Source: Eledone cirrhosa
Lineage: Eukaryota
Direction of reading: 5' to 3'
NCBI GenBank assembly: GCA_964016885.1
Contig: OZ024740.1
Coordinates: 3,100,001 to 3,164,000 of the forward strand
DNA length: 64,000 nt
Positions 27,901 through 40,423 of this stretch are shown piece after piece. The position numbers and the translations under genes are program-made. The notes beneath the pieces were generated by a model. That model was not told the DNA's origin. It saw only the letters and a list, made by a program, of their open reading frames with translations, and ran no database searches. The first letter of the stretch is position 1. Every line of letters begins with the position of its first letter.

Positions 27901-30900
27901 CAAGTAGAAGCCATCATCACCCCCCCACACAGAGATACAAGTACAGAGACAAGTAGAAGACATCATCACCCCCACACAGAGATACAAGTAGAAGCCATCA
28001 TCACCCCCCACACAGAGATACAAGTACAGAGACAAGTAGAAGCCATCATCACCCCCACACAGAGATACAAGTAGAAGCCATCATCACCCCCCACACAGAG
28101 ATACAAGTACAGAGACAAGTAGAAGCCATCATCCCCCCACACAGAGATACAAGTACAGAGACAAGTACAAGATAGCATCACCCCCCACACAGAGATGCAA
28201 GTACAGAGACAAGTAGAAGCCATCATCACCCCCCACACAGAGATGCAAGTACAGAGACAAGTAGAAGCCATCATCACCCCCCACACAGAGATACAAGTAC
28301 AGAGACAAGTAGAAGCCATCATCCCCCCCACACAGAGATACAAGTACAGAGACAAGTAGAAGGTATCATCACCCCCACCCACACAGAGATACAAGTACAG
28401 AGACAAGTAGAAGACATCATCACCCCCACACAGAGATACAAGTACAGAGACATGTAGAAGATATCATCACCCCCACCCACACAGAGATACACGTACAGAG
28501 ACAAGTAGAAGACATCATCACCCCCACACAGAGATACAAGTACAGAGACAAGTAGAAGCCATCATCACCCCTACACAGAGATACAAGTACAGAGACAAGT
28601 AGAAGATATCATCACCCCCCACACAGAGATACAAGTACAGAGACAAGTAGAAGATATCATAACCCCCCCCACACACACACAGAGATACACGTACAGAGAC
28701 AAGTAGAAGACATCATCACCCCCACATAGAGATACAAGTACAGAGACAAGTAGAAGCCATCATCACCCCCCACACAGAGATACAAGTACAGAGACAAGTA
28801 GAAGCCATCATCACCCCCACACAGAGATACAAGTACAGAGACAAGTAGAAGATATCAACACCCCCCAGACAGAGATACAAGTACAGATACAAGTAGAAGA
28901 TATCATCACCCCCCACACAGAGATAAAAGTACAGAGACAAGTAGAAGATATCATCACCCCCCACACAGAGATACACGTACAGAGACAAGTAGAAGACATC
29001 ATCCCCCCACACAGAGATACAAGTACAGAGACAAGTAGAAGATATCATCACCCTCCACACAGAGATGCAAGTACAGAGACGAGTAGAAGCCATCATACCC
29101 CCCACACAGAGATACAAGTACAGAGACAAGTAGAAGATATCATCACCCCCCACACAGAGATACAAGTACAGAGACAAGTAGAAGCCATCATCACCCCCCA
29201 CACAGAGATACAAGTACAGAGACAAGTAGAAGCCATCATCACCCCCCACACAGAGATACAAGCACAGAGACAAATAGAAGACATCGTCAACCCACACAGA
29301 GATACAAGTACAGAGACAAGTAGAAGCCATCATCCCGCCCCACACAGAGATACAAGTACAGAGACAAGTAGAAGCCATCGTCACCCCCCACACTGAGATA
29401 CAAGTAGAGAGACAAGTAGAAGGTATCATCACCGTCCACACAGAGATGCAAGTACAGAGACAAGTAGAAGCCATCATCCCCCCACACAGAGATACAAGTA
29501 CAGAGACAAGTAGAAGATATCATCACCCCCACCCACACAGAGATACACGTACAGAGACAAGTAGAAGACATCATCACCCCCACACAGAGATACAAGTACA
29601 GAGACAAGTAGAAGCCATCATCACCCCCACACAGAGATACAAGTACAGAGACAAGTAGAAGATATCAACACCCCCCACACAGAGATACAAGTACAGAGAC
29701 AAGTAGAAGCCATCATCCCCCCACACAGAGATACAAGTACAGAGACAAGTAGAAGATATCAACACCCCCCACACAGAGATACAAGTACAGATACAAGTAG
29801 AAGATATCATCACCCCCCACACAGAGATACAAGTACAGAGACAAGTAGAAGATATCATCACCCCCCACACAGACATACAAGTACAGAGACAAGTAGAAGA
29901 CATCATCACCCCCACACAGAGAAACAAATACAGAGACAAGTTGAAGCCATCATCACCCCCACACAGAGATACAAGTACAGAGACAAGTAGAAGATATCAT
30001 CACCCCCCACACAGAGATACAAGTACAGAGACAAGTAGAAGACATCATCACCCCCCACACAGAGATACAAGTACAGAGACAAGTAGAAGATATCATCACC
30101 CCCCACACAGAGATACAAGTACAGAGACAAGTAGAAGACATCATCACCCCCCACACAGAGATACAAGTACAGAGACAAGTAGAAGATATCATCACCCCCC
30201 ACACAGAGATGCAAGTACAGAGACAAGTAGAAGCCATCATCCCCCCCACACAGAGATACAAGTACAGAGACAAGTAGAAGATATCATCACCCCCCACACA
30301 GAGATACAAGTGCAGAGACAAGTAGAAGCCATCATCACCCCCCACACAGAGATACAAGTACAGAGACAAGTAGAAGCCATCATCACCCCCCACACAGAGA
30401 TACAAGTACAGAGACAAATAGAAGACATCGTCAACCCACACAGAGATACAAGTACAGAGACAAGTAGAAGCCATCATCCCCCCCACACACAGAGATACAA
30501 GTACAGAGACAAGTAGAAGCCATCGTCACCCCCCACACAGAGATACAAGTACAGAGACAAGTAGAAGCCATCACACCCCCCACACAGAGATACAAGTACA
30601 GAGACAAGTAAAAGACATCATCACCCCCCACACAGAGATGCAAGTAGAGAGACAAGTAGAAGACATCATCACCCCCACACAGAGATACAAGTACAGAGAC
30701 AAGTAGAAGCCATCATCACCCCTACACAGAGATACAAGTACAGAGACAAGTAGAAGATATCATCACCCCCCACACAGAGATACAAGTACAGAGACAAGTA
30801 GAAGATATCATAACCCCCCCCCACACACACACACAGAGATACACGTACAGAGACAAGTAGAAGACATCATCACCCCCACATAGAGATACAAGTACAGAGA

Positions 30901-33900
30901 CAAGTAGAAGCCATCATCACCCCCCACACAGAGATACAAGTACAGAGACAAGTAGAAGCCATCATCACCCCCACACAGAGATACAAGTACAGAGACAAGT
31001 AGAAGATATCAACACCCCCCAGACAGAGATACAAGTACAGATACAAGTAGAAGATATCATCACCCCCCACACAGAGATAAAAGTACAGAGACAAGTAGAA
31101 GATATCATCACCCCCCACACAGAGATACACGTACAGAGACAAGTAGAAGACATCATCCCCCCCACACAGAGATACAAGTACAGAGACAAGTAGAAGATAT
31201 CATCACCCTCCACACAGAGATGCAAGTACAGAGACGAGTAGAAGCCATCATCCCCCCCACACAGAGATACAAGTACAGAGACAAGTAGAAGATATCATCA
31301 CCCCCCACACAGAGATACAAGTACAGAGACAAGTAGAAGCCATCATCACCCCCCACACAGAGATACAAGTACAGAGACAAGTAGAAGCCATCATCACCCC
31401 CCACACAGAGATACAAGTACAGAGACAAATAGAAGACATCGTCAACCCACACAGAGATACAAGTAGAGAGACAAGTAGAAGGTATCATCACCGTCCACAC
31501 AGAGATGCAAGTACAGAGACAAGTAGAAGCCATCATCCCCCCACACAGAGATACAAGTACAGAGACAAGTAGAAGATATCATCACCCCCACCCACACAGA
31601 GATACACGTACAGAGACAAGTAGAAGACATCATCACCCCCACACAGAGATACAAGTACAGAGACAAGTAGAAGCCATCATCACCCCCACACAGAGATACA
31701 AGTACAGAGACAAGTAGAAGATATCAACACCCCCCACACAGAGATACAAGTACAGAGACAAGTAGAAGCCATCATCCCCCCACACAGAGATACAAGTACA
31801 GAGACAAGTAGAAGATATCAACACCCCCCACACAGAGATACAAGTACAGATACAAGTAGAAGATATCATCACCCCCCACACAGAGATACAAGTACAGAGA
31901 CAAGTAGAAGATATCATCACCCTCCACACAGACATACAAGTACAGAGACAAGTAGAAGACACCATCACCCCCACACAGAGAAACAAATACAGAGACAAGT
32001 TGAAGCCATCATCACCCCCACACAGAGATACAAGTACAGAGACAAGTAGAAGATATCATCACCCCCCACACAGAGATACAAGTACAGAGACAAGTAGAAG
32101 ACATCATCACCCCCCACACAGAGATACAAGTACAGAGACAAGTAGAAGATATCATCACCCCCCACACAGAGATACAAGTACAGAGACAAGTAGAAGACAT
32201 CATCACCCCCCACACAGAGATACAAGTACAGAGACAAGTAGAAGATATCATCACCCCCCACACAGAGATGCAAGTACAGAGACAAGTAGAAGCCATCATC
32301 CCCCCCACACAGAGATACAAGTACAGAGACAAGTAGAAGATATCATCACCCCCCACACAGAGATACAAGTGCAGAGACAAGTAGAAGCCATCATCACCCC
32401 CCACACAGAGATACAAGTACAGAGACAAGTAGAAGCCATCATCACCCCCCACACAGAGATACATGTACAGAGACAAATAGAAGACATCGTCAACCCACAC
32501 AGAGATACAAGTACAGAGACAAGTAGAAGCCATCATCCCCCCCACACACAGAGATACAAGTACAGAGACAAGTAGAAGCCATCGTCACCCCCCACACAGA
32601 GATACAAGTACAGAGACAAGTAGAAGCCATCATCACCCCCCACACAGAGATACAAGTACAGAGACAAGTAGAAGCCATCACACCCCCCACACAGAGATAC
32701 AAGTACAGAGACAAGTAAAAGACATCATCACCCCCCACACAGAGATGCAAGTAGAGAGACAAGTAGAAGACATCATCACCCCCACACAGAGATACAAGTA
32801 CAGAGACAAGTAGAAGATATCATCACCCCCCACACAGAGATACAAGTACAGAGACAAGTAGAAGATATCATCACCCTCCACACAGAGATGCAAGTACAGA
32901 GACGAGTAGAAGCCATCATCCCCCCCACACAGAGATACAAGTACAGGGACAAGTAGAAGATATCATCACCCCCCACACAGAGATACAAGTACAGAGACAA
33001 GTAGAAGCCATCATCACCCCCCACACAGAGATACAAGTACAGAGACAAGTAGAAGCCATCATCACCCCCCACACAGAGATACAAGTACAGAGACAAATAG
33101 AAGACATCGTCAACCCACACAGAGATACAAGTACAGAGACAATTAGAAGCCATCATCCCCCCCCCCACACAGAGATACAAGTACAGAGACAAGTAGAAGC
33201 CATCGTCACCCCCCACACTGAGATACAAGTAGAGAGACAAGTAGAAGGTATCATCACCGTCCACACAGAGATGCAAGTACAGAGACAAGTAGAAGCCATC
33301 ATCCCCCACACAGAGATACAAGTACAGAGACAAGTAGAAGATATCATCACCCCCACCCACACAGAGATACACGTACAGAGACAAGTAGAAGACATCATCA
33401 CCCCCACACAGAGATACAAGTACAGAGACAAGTAGAAGCCATCATCACCCCCACACAGAGATACAAGTACAGAGACAAGTAGAAGATATCAACACCCCCC
33501 ACACAGAGATACAAGTACAGAGACAAGTAGAAGCCATCATCCCCCCACACAGAGATACAAGTACAGAGACAAGTAGAAGATATCAACACCCCCCACACAG
33601 AGATACAAGTACAGATACAAGTAGAAGATATCATCACCCCCCACACAGAGATACAAGTACAGAGACAAGTAGAAGATATCATCACCCCCCACACAGAGAT
33701 ACAAGTACAGAGACAAGTAGAAGACATCATCACCCCCACACAGAGAAACAAATACAGAGACAAGTTGAAGCCATCATCACCCCCACACAGAGATACAAGT
33801 ACAGAGACAAGTAGAAGATATCATCACCCCCCCACACAGAGATACAAGTACAGAGACAAGTAGAAGACATCATCACCCCCCACACAGAGATACAAGTACA

Positions 33901-36900
33901 GAGACAAGTAGAAGACATCATCACCCCCCACACAGAGATACAAGTACAGAGACAAGTAGAAGACATCATCACCCCCCACACAGAGATACAAGTACAGAGA
34001 CAAGTAGAAGATATCATCACCCCCCACACAGAGATGCAAGTACAGAGACAAGTAGAAGCCATCATCCCCCCCACACAGAGATACAAGTACAGAGACAAGT
34101 AGAAGATATCATCACCCCCCACACAGAGATACAAGTGCAGAGACAAGTAGAAGCCATCATCACCCCCCACACAGAGATACAAGTACAGAGACAAGTAGAA
34201 GCCATCATCACCCCCCACACAGAGATACACGTACAGAGACAAATAGAAGACATCGTCAACCCACACAGAGATACAAGTACAGAGACAAGTAGAAGGCATC
34301 ATCCCCCCCCACACACACACACAGAGATACAAGTACAGAGACAAGTAGAAGCCATCGTCACCCCCCACACAGAGATACAAGTACAGAGACAAGTTGAAGC
34401 CATCATCACCCCCCACACAGAGATATAAGTACAGAGACAAGTAGAAGCCATCACACCCCCCACACAGAGATACAAGTACAGAGACAAGTAAAAGACATCA
34501 TCACCCCCCACACAGAGATGCAAGTAGAGAGACAAGTAGAAGACATCATCACCCCCACACAGAGATACAAGTACAGAGACAAGTAGAAGATATCATCACC
34601 CCCCACACAGAGATACAAGTACAGAGACAAGTAGAAGACATCATCACCCCCACACAGAGATACAAGTACAGAGACAAGTAGAAGATATCATCACCCCCCA
34701 CATAGAGATACAAGTACAGAGACAAGTAGAAGATATCATCACCCCCACACAGAGATACTAGTACAGAGACAAGTAGAAGCCATCATCACCCCCACACAGA
34801 GATACAAGTACAGAGACAAGTAGAAGATATCATCACCCCCCACACAGAGATACACGTACAGAGACAAGTAGAAGCCATCATCACCCTCCACACAGAGATA
34901 CAAGTACAGAGACAAGTAGAAGCCATCATCACCCCCCACACAGAGATACACGTACAGAGACAAGTAGAAGCCATCATCACCCCACACACAGAGATACAAG
35001 TACAGAGACAAGTAGAAGAAATCATCGCACCCCACACAGAGACACAAGTACAGAGACAAGTAGAAGCCATCATCACCCCCCACACAGAGATACAAGTACA
35101 GAGACAAGTAGAAGATATCATCACCCCCCACACAGAGATACAAGTACAGAGGCAAGTAGAAGCCATCATCACCCCCCACACAGAGATACAAGTACAGAGA
35201 CAAGTAGAAGCCATCATCACCCCCCACACAGAGATACAAGTACAGAGACAAGTAGAAGCCATCACACCCCCACACAGAGATACAAGTACAGAGACAAGTA
35301 AAAGACCTCATCGCCCCCGACACAGAGATGCAAGTAGAGAGACAAGTAGAAGCCATCATCACCCCCACACAGAGATACAAGTACAGAGACAAGTAGAAGA
35401 CATCATCACCCCCCACACAGAGATACAAGTACAGAGACAAGTAGAAGATATCATCACCCCCACACAGAGATACAAGTACAGAGACAAGTAGAAGATATCA
35501 TCACCCCCCACACAGAGATACAAGTACAGAGACAAGTAGAAGATATCATCACCCCCCCACATAGAGATACAAGTACAGAGACAAGTAGAAGATATCATCA
35601 CCCCCCACACAGAGATACACGTACAGAGACAAGTAGAAGCCATCATCACCCCCCACACAGAGATACAAGTACAGAGACAAGTAGAAGATATCATCACACC
35701 CCACACAGAGTTGCAAGTACACAGACAAGTAGAAGCCATCATCACCCCCACACAGAGATACAAGTAGAAGCCATCATCACCCCCCACACAGAGATGCAAG
35801 TACAGAGACAAGTAGAAGCCATCATCACCCCCCACACAGAGATACAAGTACAGAGACAAGTAGAAGCTATCATCCCCCACACACAGAGATACAAGTACAG
35901 AGACAAGTAGAAGCCATCATCCCCCCCACACAGAGATACAAGTACAGAGACAAGTAGAAGATATCATCACCCTCCACACAAAGATGCAAGTACAGAGACG
36001 AGTAGAAGCCATCATCCCCCCCACACAGAGATACAAGTACAGAGACAAGCAGAAGATATCATCACCCCCCACACAGAGATACAAGTACAGAGACAAGTAG
36101 AAGCCATCATGACCCCCCACACAGAGATACAAGTACAGAGACAAGTAGAAGACATCATCACCCCCCACACAGAGATACAAGTACACAGACAAATAGAAGA
36201 CATCGTCAACCCACACAGAGATACAAGTACAGAGACAAGTAAAAGACATCATCACCCCCCACACAGAGATGCAAGTAGAGAGACAAGTAGAAGACATCAT
36301 CACCCCCACACAGAGATACAAGTACAGAGACAAGTAGAAGACATCATCACCCCCCACACAGAGATACAAGTACAGAGACAAGTAGAAGACATCATCACCC
36401 CCACACAGAGATACAAGTACAGAGACAAGTAGAAGATATCATCACCCCCCCCCCACACAGAGATACAAGTAGAGAGACAAGTAGAAGAAATCATCACACC
36501 CCACACAGAGATACAAGTACAGAGACAAGTAGAAGCCATCATCACCCCCCACACAGAGATACAAGTACAGAGACAAGTAGAAGATATCATCACCCCCCAC
36601 ACAGAGATACAAGTACAGAGACAAGTAGAAGCCATCATCACCCCCCACACAGAGATACAAGTACAGAGACAAGTAGAAGCTATCATCCCCCACACACAGA
36701 GATACAAGTACAGAGACAAGTAGAAGCCATCATCCCCCCCCACACAGAGATACAAGTACAGAGACAAGTAGAAGATATCATCACCCTCCACACAAAGATG
36801 CAAGTACAGAGACGAGTAGAAGCCATCATCCCCCCCACACAGAGATACAAGTACAGAGACAAGCAGAAGATATCATCACCCCCCACACAGAGATACAAGT

Positions 36901-39043
36901 ACAGAGACAAGTAGAAGCCATCATCACCCCCCACACAGAGATACAAGTACAGAGACAAGTAGAAGCTATCATCCCCCACACACAGAGATACAAGTACAGA
37001 GACAAGTAGAAGCCATCATCCCCCCCACACAGAGATACAAGTACAGAGACAAGTAGAAGATATCATCACCCTCCACACAAAGATGCAAGTACAGAGACGA
37101 GTAGAAGCCATCATCCCCCCCACACAGAGATACAAGTACAGAGACAAGCAGAAGATATCATCACCCCCCACACAGAGATACAAGTACAGAGACAAGTAGA
37201 AGCCATCATGACCCCCCACACAGAGATACAAGTACAGAGACAAGTAGAAGACATCATCACCCCCCACACAGAGATACAAGTACACAGACAAATAGAAGAC
37301 ATCGTCAACCCACACAGAGATACAAGTACAGAGACAAGTAAAAGACATCATCACCCCCCACACAGAGATGCAAGTAGAGAGACAAGTAGAAGACATCATC
37401 ACCCCCACACAGAGATACAAGTACAGAGACAAGTAGAAGACATCATCACCCCCCACACAGAGATACAAGTACAGAGACAAGTAGAAGACATCATCACCCC
37501 CACACAGAGATACAAGTACAGAGACAAGTAGAAGATATCATCACCCCCCCCACACAGAGATACACGTACAGAGACAAGTAGAAGCCATCATCACCCCCCA
37601 CACAGAGATACAAGTACAGAGACAAGTAGAAGCCATCATCACCCCCCACACAGAGATACACGTACAGAGACAAGTAGAAGCCATCATCACCCCCCACACA
37701 GAGATACAAGTAGAGAGACAAGTAGAAGAAATCATCACACCCCACACAGAGATACAAGTACAGAGACAAGTAGAAGCCATCATCACCCCCCACACAGAGA
37801 TACAAGTACAGAGACAAGTAGAAGATATCATCACCCCCCACACAGAGATACAAGTACAGAGACAAGTAGAAGCCATCATCACCCCCCACACAGAGATACA
37901 AGTACAGAGACAAGTAGAAGCCATCATCACCCCCCACACAGAGATACAAGTACAGAGACAAGTAGAAGCCATCACCCCCCCCCCACACACAGAGATGCAA
38001 GTAGAGAGACAAGTAGAAGACATCATCACCCCCACACAGAGATACAAGTACAGAGATAAGTAGAAGACATCATCACCCCCACACAGAGATACAAGTACAG
38101 AGACAAGTAGAAGATATCATCACCCCCCACACAGAGATACAAGTACAGAGACAAGTAGAAGATATCATCACCCCCACACAGAGATACAAGTACAGAGACA
38201 AGTAGAAGATATGATCACCCCCCACACAGAGATACAAGTACAGAGACAAGTAGAAGATATCATCACCCCCCACATAGAGATACAAGTACAGAGACAAGTA
38301 GAAGATATCATCACCCCCCCCACACAGAGATACACGTACAGAGACAAGTAGAAGCCATCATCACCCCCACACAGAGATACACGTACAGAGACAAGTAGAA
38401 GCCATCATCACCCCCCACACAGAGATACAAGTACAGAGACAAGTAGAAGATATCATCACACCCCACACAGAGATACACGTACAGAGACAAGTAGAAGCCA
38501 TCATCACCCCCCACACAGAGATACAAGTACAGAGACACGTAGAAGACATCATCACCCCCACACAGAGATACAAGTACACAGACAAGTAGAAGAAATCATC
38601 ACCCCCCACACAGAGATGCAAGTACAGAGACAAGTAGAAGATATCATCACCCCCCACACAGAGATACAAGTACAGAGACAAGTAGAAGATATCACCCTCC
38701 ACACAGAGATGCAAGTACAGAGACAAGTAGAAGCCATCGTCACCCCCCACACAGAGATACAAGTACAGAGACAAGTAGAAGATATCATCACCCCCCACAC
38801 AGAGATACAAGTACAGAGACAAGTAGAAGACATCATCACCCCTCACACAGAGATACAAGTACAGAGACAAGTAGAAGATATGATCACCCCCCACACAGAG
38901 ATGCAAGTACGAGACAAGTAGAAGATATCATCACCCCCCACACAGAGATACAAGTACAGAGACAAGTAGAAGCCATCATCACCCCCCACACAGAGATACA
39001 AGTACAGAGACAAGGAGAAGCCATCATCACCCCCCACACACAG
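3935..39043. repeat. 48-bp minisatellite/satellite array, about 35.1 kb, roughly 730-740 units
   Basis: Consensus CATCACCCCCCACACAGAGATACAAGTACAGAGACAAGTAGAAG(AC/AT/CC)AT, continuous head-to-tail. C-run length variants, 36-bp deletion units and nested kb-scale duplications are visible. Copy number estimated from length. Confidence 0.98.
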
Positions 39044-39073
39044 GTAAATATATTTGATATTAAAGCTGTTGAA

Positions 39074-39079
39074 TCTTAC
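39074..39079 (-). promoter_or_regulatory. 5' splice donor of the Epac exon
   Basis: AAG|GTAAGA, close to the U1 consensus. Confidence 0.85.
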
Positions 39080-39156
39080 CTTACCATATATGGAGACATT
39101 GACAGAACCTTTCAAAATAATGTACCACGATTTACCTTCATCACCTTGACGGAATA
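39080..39156 (-). CDS. RAPGEF4: Internal coding exon (77 bp, phase 1 to phase 0) of an Epac / Rap guanine nucleotide exchange factor (RAPGEF4-like), cyclic-nucleotide-binding domain
   Basis: Minus strand: tctctttctatatttcag | TA TTC CGT CAA GGT GAT GAA GGT AAA TCG TGG TAC ATT ATT TTG AAA GGT TCT GTC AAT GTC TCC ATA TAT GGT AAG | gtaaga, giving [26 protein letters not shown]. This matches the Epac2 CNB-B segment as I recall it ([26 protein letters not shown]). The 38843..39115 ORF in the track shows its tail ([11 protein letters not shown]). An invertebrate gene would be the single Epac co-ortholog of RAPGEF3/4. Confidence 0.9.
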
Positions 39157-39178
39157 CTGAAATATAGAAAGAGATATA
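39157..39178 (-). promoter_or_regulatory. 3' splice site (polypyrimidine tract + CAG) of the Epac exon
   Basis: Minus strand TATATCTCTTTCTATATTTCAG directly before the exon. Confidence 0.85.
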
Positions 39179-40260
39179 GTGGTGGTGGTGGTGGTGGAGG
39201 TGGTGGTGGCAGTGGTGGTGGAGGTTGTGATGGTGGTGGTGATGGTGGTGGTGGTGGTGGTGGTGGTGGTGGTGGTGTGGTGGTGGAGGTGGTGGTGGCA
39301 GTGGTGGTGGAGGTGGTGATGGTTGTGGTGATCGTGGTGGTGGTGGTGGTGGTGGTGGTGGTGGTGGTGGTGGTGGAGGTGGTGGTGGAGGTGGTGGTGG
39401 TGGTGGTGGTGGTGGTGGTGGTGGTGTGGTGGTGGAGGTGGTGGTGGCAGTGGTGGTGGAGGTGGTGATGGTTGTGGTGATCGTGGTGGTGGTGGTGGTG
39501 GTGGTGGTGGTGGTGGTGGTGGTGGGGGTGGTGGTGGCAGTGGTGGTGGAGGTGGTGATGGTGGTGGTGATGGTGGTGGAAGTGTTAGTGGTGGTGGTGG
39601 TGGTGGTGGTGTTGGTGGAGGTGGTGATGGTGGTGGTGATGGTGGTGGAAGTGTTAGTGGTGGTGGTGGTGGTGGTGGTGGTGGTGGTGGTGGAGGTGGT
39701 GATGGTGGTGGTAGTGGTGGTGGAAGTGTTAGTGGTGGTGGTGGTGGTGGAGGTGGTGGTGGTGGTGGTGGTGGTGGTGGCGATGTTAGTGGTGGTGGTG
39801 GTGGTGGGGGGGTAGTGGTGGTGGGGGTGATGGTGGGGTGGGTGGAGGTGGCAGTGGTGATGGTGATGGTGATGATGGTCATGGGAGGTGGTGGTGTTAG
39901 TGGTGGTGATGGTGATGATGGTGATGGGAGGTGGTGGTGTTAGTGGTGGTGATGGTGATGATGGTGATGGGAGGTGGTGGTGTTAGTGGTGGTGATGGTG
40001 ATGATGGTGATGGTAGTGGTAGTGGTAGTGGTGGTGGTGGTGGTGATGGTAGTGGTAGTGGTGGTGGTGGCAGTGGTGATGGTGATGATGGGTGGTGATG
40101 GTGGTGATGGTGATGGTAGTGGTAGTGGTAGTGGTGGTGGTGATGGTGATGGTAATGGTAGTGGTGTTGGTGGTGGTCATGGTGGTAGTGGTGGTAATGG
40201 CAGTGGTGGTGCTGGTGCTGGTAGTGGTGGTGGTGGTGGTTGTGGTGGTGGTGATAGTGG
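39179..40260. repeat. Imperfect (GGT)n microsatellite with GAT/GGA/AGT variants
   Basis: Direct reading. Includes a 149-bp internal duplication (about 39277/39426) and three 43-bp units at 39881, 39924 and 39967. Confidence 0.95.
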
Positions 40261-40423
40261 TTGATGTTGTGGTGGTTATTGTAGAGGTTGTAGTTGTTGT
40301 TGTAGTTGTTGTAGTTATTGTTGTTGTAGTTGTTGTTGTAGGGTTTGTAGTTGTTGATGTTGTAGTTGTTGTTGTAGTAGTAGTTGTAGTAGTGGTTGTA
40401 GTTGCTGTTGTAGTTGTTGTAGT
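40261..40423. repeat. Compound (GTT)n/(GTA)n microsatellite
   Basis: gttgtagttgttgttgtagtt... continuous with the GGT tract. Confidence 0.93.

Noticed and set aside
3742-39040. Dozens of long ORFs (HHHPPHRDTSTETSRR, IITPHTEIQVQRQVED, GGDDIFYLSLYLYLCV, VMMSSTCLCTCISVWG repeats)
   Set aside because: A 48-bp unit is stop-free in four frames. Frequent C-run indels shift frames with no sign of selection, and the region is intronic.
3935-39043. CRISPR-like array
   Set aside because: Units are contiguous with no unique spacers, there are no cas genes, and the context is eukaryotic.
3935-39043. Canonical G-quadruplex array from minus-strand G6 runs
   Set aside because: Runs are about 42 nt apart, too far for a standard intramolecular G4. 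It cannot be supported from sequence alone.
39041-39049. Plus-strand CAG|GTAAAT donor-like motif at the array end, suggesting a giant repeat exon
   Set aside because: No maintained reading frame or acceptor, and the supported gene is on the minus strand.
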